A stretch of 53,958 nucleotides of DNA from Actinomycetota bacterium (GTDB lineage Bacteria; Actinomycetota; Aquicultoria; UBA3085; Oleimmundimicrobiaceae): contig DSBK01000015.1 of the NCBI GenBank assembly GCA_011046085.1, positions 1 to 53,958 of the forward strand, in the 5' to 3' direction. The notes under the pieces are model-generated. The model did no database searches and was not told the origin of the DNA. It saw nothing but the letters and a program-made list of their open reading frames with translations. A program made the translations under genes and the position numbers. Shown one piece after another: positions 48,092 through 53,958 of this stretch (the first letter of the stretch is position 1; every line of letters begins with the position of its first letter).

Positions 48092-49246
48092 ATGAAAAAA
48101 TTAATAATTCTTGGCTCAACAGGCTCCATTGGAAGACAGGCGCTTGATATTATCAGAAGACATCGGGATATGTTTCAAGTTGTCGGATTATCGACTCATA
48201 AGAATGTTGAGCTCTTAATGAAACAAGTAGATGAGTTTGGCCCGAAGGCTGTAGCTGTCTCTGATCATAATTCCATCCAAGCGATGCGTAAAAAACTCGG
48301 AAAAAGGGTGGAAATTTTGGGTGGCGAAAGTGGACTTGTTGAACTCTCCCTCTTGGATGCAGATCTGGCATTAAATGCTCTGGTCGGTTCAGTTGGACTG
48401 GAATCGACTATTGCGATTATTAAATCAGGAAAAGATCTTGCGTTGGCCAACAAGGAATCCATGGTTGTCGGCGGTGAAATTATTAATCATTTGCTTACTA
48501 AAAGCGAAAGCAATATAATTCCTGTTGATAGCGAGCATAGCGCAATTTATCAATGTCTTTTGGGTGAGAAAAAACAAGAGATAAACAAGGTAATTTTAAC
48601 TGCGTCGGGTGGCCCTTTTAAAGATAAAAAACTTTCCGAACTAAAAAATGTAACACCAAAAGAAGCTCTTGCTCATCCTCGTTGGAATATGGGGAAAAAA
48701 ATATCAATAGATTCTGCAACCTTGATGAACAAGGGGCTGGAAGTTATCGAGGCTCATTTTTTGTTCAAGCAGAATTATGACGAAATTGAAGTGATAATTC
48801 ATCCTCAGAGCATTATCCATTCAATGGTTGAATTCATGGATGGCTCCATAAAAGCGCACTTGGGTCCGACAGATATGAGAATACCTATACAATATGCATT
48901 TTCTTATCCCGAAAGATTGGAATCTTCAGTACCCAAACTCAATTTACTAGAAGTAAGGGAACTTGTATTTGAAAAGCCTAATTTGGTTAATTTTCCTTGT
49001 TTGGAATATGCAATAGAAGCGGGTAGAAATGGAAAGTCTTTTCCGGCGGTACTAAACGCGGCAAACGAAGAGGCCGTTGAGGCGTTCCTAAAGGAGAAAA
49101 TTCCTTTTCTAGGGATCTCGAAGGTAATTTACGAGGTGCTTTCTGAACATAAACCGATGGACATCGTTGACATTAAAGTTCTGAAAGAGGTTGAGGGTTT
49201 GGCAAGGGGCAAGGCAAAAGAAAAAATCGATTCTTGGAGGAGTTAG
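48092..49246 (+). CDS. dxr: 1-deoxy-D-xylulose 5-phosphate reductoisomerase
   Basis: LGSTGSIG, LANKES, PVDSEH and NKGLEVIEA. Confidence 0.97.
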   Translation: MKKLIILGSTGSIGRQALDIIRRHRDMFQVVGLSTHKNVELLMKQVDEFGPKAVAVSDHNSIQAMRKKLGKRVEILGGESGLVELSLLDADLALNALVGSVGLESTIAIIKSGKDLALANKESMVVGGEIINHLLTKSESNIIPVDSEHSAIYQCLLGEKKQEINKVILTASGGPFKDKKLSELKNVTPKEALAHPRWNMGKKISIDSATLMNKGLEVIEAHFLFKQNYDEIEVIIHPQSIIHSMVEFMDGSIKAHLGPTDMRIPIQYAFSYPERLESSVPKLNLLEVRELVFEKPNLVNFPCLEYAIEAGRNGKSFPAVLNAANEEAVEAFLKEKIPFLGISKVIYEVLSEHKPMDIVDIKVLKEVEGLARGKAKEKIDSWRS

Positions 49247-49247
49247 G

Positions 49248-50312
49248 TTGGTTTTAATTGGGTTCATAGGCAAAGTTATCTTAACGATATTTGGAATTAG
49301 TCTTTTAATTTTTGTTCATGAATTAGGCCATTTTGTAGTGGCTAAAATTTTAAATATGAAGGTTTATGAATTTGTTTTAGGTTACGGGTCCAAATTATTT
49401 TCTTTTAAAATCGGAGAGACGGTTTATGGGATTACCAAAATACCCTTCGGGGGTTATGTAAAACTTGAGGATATCAAGCCTGAGGAAATATCTTTTGAAG
49501 AAGACAGGCTACCTGTTTTGGGCAAACAATCGTTATGGAAGCGTGTTTTAGTGATAGTTGGAGGCCCGCTTATGAATTTGATATTGCCCATATTTTTACT
49601 AGCCGTAATTTTTATGGCAGGAATTCCGTATCCGACTACAATTATTGAGGAAGTTATGCTTTATTCCCCCGCCGTCGAAGCAGGACTTAAAGCGGGAGAT
49701 GAAATTGTTTGTATCGAATGCAGTGAGATAAAAGATTGGGGCGAAGCCACCAAAATTATAAGAGAAAATCCAAACAAAACTTTAGATTTTGTGGTCATTC
49801 GCGACAACAAAAAGATTAACTTGACTGCAACCATTGCCGAAAAAGATAATCATGGATTTCTCGGTATAGGAGTAAAGTTGGGGACCAAAAAATACGGAGT
49901 TCTTTCTGCATTTTACGAAGGTCTTAAGGCGACAGTTGGTATTGTTGTTATTTTATTTAAATTGTTAGTCTCTTTTATTCAAGGGAAACAGATGACGGGC
50001 TTTACGGGCGAAATTATTGGGCCAGTTGGTTTGGCCAAAGAAACTTTTGCAAGTATCCAGCGGGGAATAATCGACTATTTGGGAGTTTTGGCTCAAATGA
50101 GCATAGGCATGGGGATTGCAAACTTGATTCCCGTTCCTCCATTAGATGGCGGGAAGCTTGTTTTAATGGGATATGAACTTGTTGTCAGAAAACCGCTTAA
50201 AGTTAAAACCATGCTTATCATACAAGCGATCGGGATAGCCCTACTGCTTTTCTTAATGATTTCGGTCACTTTCTCAGATATTTTTGGGATCTTTGCTCTC
50301 GGAGGTCGATGA
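49248..50312 (+). CDS. rseP: RseP/RIP M50 metalloprotease with PDZ domain
   Basis: HELGH, GPLMN and NLIPVPPLDGG. Confidence 0.92.
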   Translation: MVLIGFIGKVILTIFGISLLIFVHELGHFVVAKILNMKVYEFVLGYGSKLFSFKIGETVYGITKIPFGGYVKLEDIKPEEISFEEDRLPVLGKQSLWKRVLVIVGGPLMNLILPIFLLAVIFMAGIPYPTTIIEEVMLYSPAVEAGLKAGDEIVCIECSEIKDWGEATKIIRENPNKTLDFVVIRDNKKINLTATIAEKDNHGFLGIGVKLGTKKYGVLSAFYEGLKATVGIVVILFKLLVSFIQGKQMTGFTGEIIGPVGLAKETFASIQRGIIDYLGVLAQMSIGMGIANLIPVPPLDGGKLVLMGYELVVRKPLKVKTMLIIQAIGIALLLFLMISVTFSDIFGIFALGGR

Positions 50313-51370
50313 TGAGCAGAAGAAAGTGCAGGCAAATTAAGATTGGAAATATAAAAATCGGAGGGGACGCGCCGATATTGGTGCAATCGATGACCAACAC
50401 GAGAACCAATGATACCAAATCGACGGTTTCGCAAATTAAGAGATTGGAGTTGGTGGGTTGTGATTTGGTTAGGGTTGCGGTTCCAAACGAAGAAGCGGCG
50501 GCGGCTTTGCCAATCATAAAGAAGAAGATCGACATTCCGCTCGTGGCTGATATTCATTTTGATTATAAACTGGCTTTGGCGGCGCTTGATGCGGGGGTTG
50601 ATAAGATACGGATAAACCCAGGGAACATTGGCGACGAGAAGCGGATTAAAGCAATCATCGATAAAGCTAAAGAAAGAAATGTACCTATTAGAATAGGAGT
50701 AAATGCAGGTTCGCTGCATAAAAAATATCGTGGTTTTAAAGGAGGTATGTCCGAAGCCTTAGTGAACAGCGCTTTGGAATACGTTGATTTTCTTGAAAAT
50801 TTGGATTTTTATGATTACATAATTTCTGTTAAGGCGTCATCAGTTTTAACGACAATTGAAGCCTATGAGTTAATTGCCGATAAAGTAAGTTGTCCTTTGC
50901 ACATCGGGGTTACCGAAGCCGGGACGCTTCTTTCTGGTTCGGTTAAGTCGGCCATAGGCATTGGCATGCTTTTGAAAGAAGGAATAGGTGATACGATAAG
51001 GGTTTCTTTGACCGCTGACCCAATAAAGGAAGTTGAGGTTGGTTTCAAAATTTTGTGTGCCTTGGGGTTAAGAAACGTTGGCCCAGATATCATATCCTGT
51101 CCCACCTGCGGAAGATGTGAAGTTGACTTAATTGCGCTTGCAAAGGAAGTAGAAAATAGGCTTTTCGGATTCAAAAATCCAATCAAGGTGGCCGTGATGG
51201 GTTGCGTTGTAAATGGTCCAGGTGAGGCAAGAGAGGCCGATGTGGGTATTGCCGCCGGAAAGAAAGAAGGCCTATTATTTATTAAAGGCAAACCCATCAG
51301 GAAAGTTCCTGAAGAGGATTTAATTGATGCGCTTTTTGAATTGATATCTGACTTTGAGGGGGTTAATTGA
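50309..51370 (+). CDS. ispG: HMBPP synthase
   Basis: VQSMTNT, RINPGNIG, CPTCGR and MGCVVNGPGE. Confidence 0.97.
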   Translation: MMSRRKCRQIKIGNIKIGGDAPILVQSMTNTRTNDTKSTVSQIKRLELVGCDLVRVAVPNEEAAAALPIIKKKIDIPLVADIHFDYKLALAALDAGVDKIRINPGNIGDEKRIKAIIDKAKERNVPIRIGVNAGSLHKKYRGFKGGMSEALVNSALEYVDFLENLDFYDYIISVKASSVLTTIEAYELIADKVSCPLHIGVTEAGTLLSGSVKSAIGIGMLLKEGIGDTIRVSLTADPIKEVEVGFKILCALGLRNVGPDIISCPTCGRCEVDLIALAKEVENRLFGFKNPIKVAVMGCVVNGPGEAREADVGIAAGKKEGLLFIKGKPIRKVPEEDLIDALFELISDFEGVN

Positions 51371-52818
51371 TTTTGGAGGAAAATAACAATAATAATTTTG
51401 TTGAAGCCATCACCGATAAAAGCGTGGATTTTAAAAGATGGTATACCGACGTTATAATCGCTGCTCAGCTTGCCGACTATTCTCCCATCAAGGGTTGCAT
51501 GGTTATAAGACCTTATGGTTGTTCTCTATGGGAAAACATGAAACGCTTCTTGGATAAGAAGATAAAGGATACCGGGCACGAAAATGCTTACTTTCCTTTA
51601 TTTGTTCCCGAGAGCTTGCTGGCGAAAGAAGCTGAGCATATTAAGGGTTTTGCTCCGGAAGTGGCGTGGGTGACACATGCTGGTCAGGAAAAGCTCGAAG
51701 AGCGGCTTGCAATAAGACCGACATCGGAGGCGATTATTGGCAGTATGTATGCCAAATGGATTGATTCCTGGCGCGATTTGCCAATTTTGATAAATCAATG
51801 GGCAAATGTTGTTAGATGGGAAAAAGTAACTCGGCCTTTTTTACGCACAACGGAGTTTTTGTGGCAGGAGGGTCATACCGTTCATCGCACGGAGGAAGAA
51901 GCTGAAGAAGAAACACTTAAAATGCTTGAAGTGTATAAGGACTTTATGGAAAATGATTTAGCCATTCCAGTATATATTGGCAGAAAAACTGAACGAGAAA
52001 AGTTTGCGGGTGCTCTTAGAACATATTCCCTAGAAGCATTGATGTCTGATGGCAAAGCTCTTCAAGCCGGGACTTCGCATAATTTAGGGCAATATTTTGC
52101 CAAGGTTTTCAACATAACTTTTCAGGACATGGATGGGGAAAGGAAATTTGCGTGGCAGACGAGTTGGGGAGTTTCAACAAGGTTGATCGGGGCGCTTATC
52201 ATGGTTCATGGCGATGATTCGGGCCTTATTATGCCCCCAAAAGTAGCCCCTATTCAAGCGGTTGTTTTACCAATTTGGGGTAATAAAACACTTGAAGGCG
52301 CAGTTGAAGCAAAAGTAAAGGAAGTTGGAGAGATACTTGCGGATGTTTGTAGATTTAAAGTTGACGATAGACGCGAGCATACCGTAGGCTGGAAATTTAA
52401 TGAGTGGGAGCTGCGCGGCGTTCCTTTGAGGATTGAAGTTGGTCCAAGGGATATTGAAAAAAACCAGGTTGTTTTGGTGAGACGCGATGTACGAAAAAAA
52501 GAATTTGTTCCAATTGAAAAGTTGAAAGATAAAGTAACTGAATTATTGAATGAAATTCAAAAAAACCTTTTTGAAAAAGCAAGAAAGTTTCGCGATAACA
52601 ACACAAGAGAGGCAACTAATTTTGAAGAGTTATCTTCAATGGTTGAGAGCAAACAAGGCTTTATAAAGGCTTGTTGGTGCGGCAGCGAAGATTGTGAGAT
52701 GAAAATAAAAGAAAAAACCATGGCTACGATTCGCTGTATTCCCTTTGAGCAAAAAAACGGCAAATGTGTTATGTGTGGGAAAAATGGCCCCATGGTTTAT
52801 TTTGCCAAGTCTTACTAG
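51367..52818 (+). CDS. proS: Prolyl-tRNA synthetase (archaeal/eukaryote-like type)
   Basis: RPTSE, FLWQEGHT, QAGTSHNLG, and C-terminal FAKSY. No insertion editing domain. Confidence 0.95.
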   Translation: MILEENNNNNFVEAITDKSVDFKRWYTDVIIAAQLADYSPIKGCMVIRPYGCSLWENMKRFLDKKIKDTGHENAYFPLFVPESLLAKEAEHIKGFAPEVAWVTHAGQEKLEERLAIRPTSEAIIGSMYAKWIDSWRDLPILINQWANVVRWEKVTRPFLRTTEFLWQEGHTVHRTEEEAEEETLKMLEVYKDFMENDLAIPVYIGRKTEREKFAGALRTYSLEALMSDGKALQAGTSHNLGQYFAKVFNITFQDMDGERKFAWQTSWGVSTRLIGALIMVHGDDSGLIMPPKVAPIQAVVLPIWGNKTLEGAVEAKVKEVGEILADVCRFKVDDRREHTVGWKFNEWELRGVPLRIEVGPRDIEKNQVVLVRRDVRKKEFVPIEKLKDKVTELLNEIQKNLFEKARKFRDNNTREATNFEELSSMVESKQGFIKACWCGSEDCEMKIKEKTMATIRCIPFEQKNGKCVMCGKNGPMVYFAKSY

Positions 52819-52828
52819 GAGAGCAAAA

Positions 52829-53503
52829 TTGGAAAATAAAAATCTTGACGTTGTTCTAATAATACCTGCACACAATGAAGCAACGCGAATTGGAGCAGTT
52901 TTAGACGAAGCGATAAAAGCTCGATTTGTCAATGAGATAATCGTGGTAAACGATGGTTCAACCGACGATACGGCAAAGGTTGCAAAGGAATATAATGAAG
53001 TAAAAGTCATTAATTGCAGATCAAATGGCGGGAAAGGAGCGGCTCTTAAAGCGGGACTTGATTCTGCCGATGCAAAGGTATTCGTTTTTATAGATGCTGA
53101 CTTGATGGGTCTTAAGGCTGGTCATATTGAAGATTTAATTGTTCCTCTGTTTTCCGATGAAGAGCTAGAGATGACGGTGGGTAAGTTTGTGGCGGGGAGA
53201 GTAGCTACAAACCTATCTCAATCCATAGTTCCTCAGATTTCTGGCCAAAGAGCTTTTAAAAAAAGGTTTTTGGAGGATATGCTGGATTTTTCCAACAGTG
53301 GATATGGTGTGGAGGTTGCGTTTGTCCGACAAGCCAAGCGGAGGCAATCAAAAACCAAAGAGGTGCCTCTTGCAAATGTGACACATGTGATGAAAGAAGA
53401 AAAAATGGGATTACACAAAGGTGTTTTGGCGAGACTTAAGATGTATTGGGATATGTTTTTTCATCTGATTAAGGAGACCAAAGAGGGACGGAATAGGTTT
53501 TAA
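52829..53503 (+). CDS. Glycosyltransferase, GT2/GpgS-like fold
   Basis: IPAHNE, NDGSTD, GKGAA, FIDAD, SGQRA and YGVE. TTG start after GGAG. Confidence 0.85.
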   Translation: MENKNLDVVLIIPAHNEATRIGAVLDEAIKARFVNEIIVVNDGSTDDTAKVAKEYNEVKVINCRSNGGKGAALKAGLDSADAKVFVFIDADLMGLKAGHIEDLIVPLFSDEELEMTVGKFVAGRVATNLSQSIVPQISGQRAFKKRFLEDMLDFSNSGYGVEVAFVRQAKRRQSKTKEVPLANVTHVMKEEKMGLHKGVLARLKMYWDMFFHLIKETKEGRNRF

Positions 53504-53528
53504 ATAAGAGGTTATTTTTTGCCTAGTG

Positions 53529-53607
53529 TTGCGCAACCAAAAATATTATGTTAATCTTAAGTGTCCAGATAGGAAGAGTGATGAGTGGGTTTTGAACCCA
53601 CTTTTTT
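53529..53607 (+). promoter_or_regulatory. rimP promoter and leader hairpin
   Basis: TTGCGC-N17-TAATCT, then GAGTGGGTT-TTG-AACCCACTTTTTT. Confidence 0.65.
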
Positions 53608-53643
53608 AATTATGAAGGGAAAGTGTATTATTAAAGGATTATT

Positions 53644-53958
53644 ATGACTGCAACATGGGTTTCGGAAATTGAAAACTTGGTTGGTAAAATATTGTTGGAT
53701 CAGGGAGTGGAACTGGTTGATGTAGAATTTAAAAGAGAGCCGGTTGGAATGGTTTTAAGGGTTTACATCGATTCGAGCGGTGGAGTTGATGTTGATATGT
53801 GTGCTCGCACAAGCGAAACAATCTCTCAAGAGCTCGATAAGGCCAATTTAATTAGCAAGAGTTGCACGCTAGAGGTTTCATCGCCGGGGATAGAAAGGCC
53901 ATTGAAGAAACCAGAACATTTTAAGAAGTATGTTGGTTCAAAAATTTTTGTTAAAACA
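53644..53958 (+). CDS. rimP: Ribosome maturation factor RimP (truncated by the window end)
   Basis: Manual translation gives ELVDVEF...LRVYID..GGVDVDMC...LEVSSPGIERPL. Confidence 0.93.
   Translation, partial: MTATWVSEIENLVGKILLDQGVELVDVEFKREPVGMVLRVYIDSSGGVDVDMCARTSETISQELDKANLISKSCTLEVSSPGIERPLKKPEHFKKYVGSKIFVKT

Noticed and set aside
50093-50719. 208-aa minus-strand ORF
   Set aside because: Antisense to conserved rseP/ispG with no motif; the other antisense ORFs in the track are rejected likewise.

Overview
AT-rich bacterial chromosome segment. Its gene content (dcw cluster with sepF and divIVA but no ftsA; zinc-ribbon/RNase HI genes near rnpB; Gram-positive-type LexA box) suggests a low-GC, deep-branching Actinomycetota; this is inference only. 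Layout: (1) 1-6.9 kb: tRNA-Ile2, tRNA-Val, pabB-pabC, zinc-ribbon protein, RNase HI, queD, cobO, then a ~760-bp ORF-free stretch with two or three candidate unannotated structured RNAs, then RNase P RNA. (2) 7.1-16.0 kb accessory island: a membrane histidine kinase frameshifted at an (AT)5 tract, two NarL/LuxR regulators, a zinc-ribbon microprotein, a sensor-less DegS-like kinase, a stand-alone receiver, and a GC-richer sipW plus three TasA/CalY-like genes, bracketed by inverted copies of an ~88-bp palindromic element. (3) 16.4-42.4 kb: mraZ-rsmH-ftsL-ftsI-murE-murF-mraY-murD-ftsW-murG-murC-murB-ftsQ-ftsZ-pgeF-yggS-sepF-proC-yggT-divIVA-DUF167-ileS-dksA-like-lspA-lgt-rluD. (4) an opposite-strand, SOS-boxed RecB/Cas4-like nuclease. 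(5) rpsB-tsf-pyrH-frr-uppS-cdsA-dxr-rseP-ispG-proS-GT2-rimP (partial). The best candidate for an undescribed system is the TasA/SipW fibre cassette with its multi-kinase, possibly phase-variable, control module. Runners-up are the orphan ncRNAs, an FtsZ-tail mimic in DivIVA and a duplicated-sequence RNA switch before rsmH. All calls are by eye; no database search or folding program was run.
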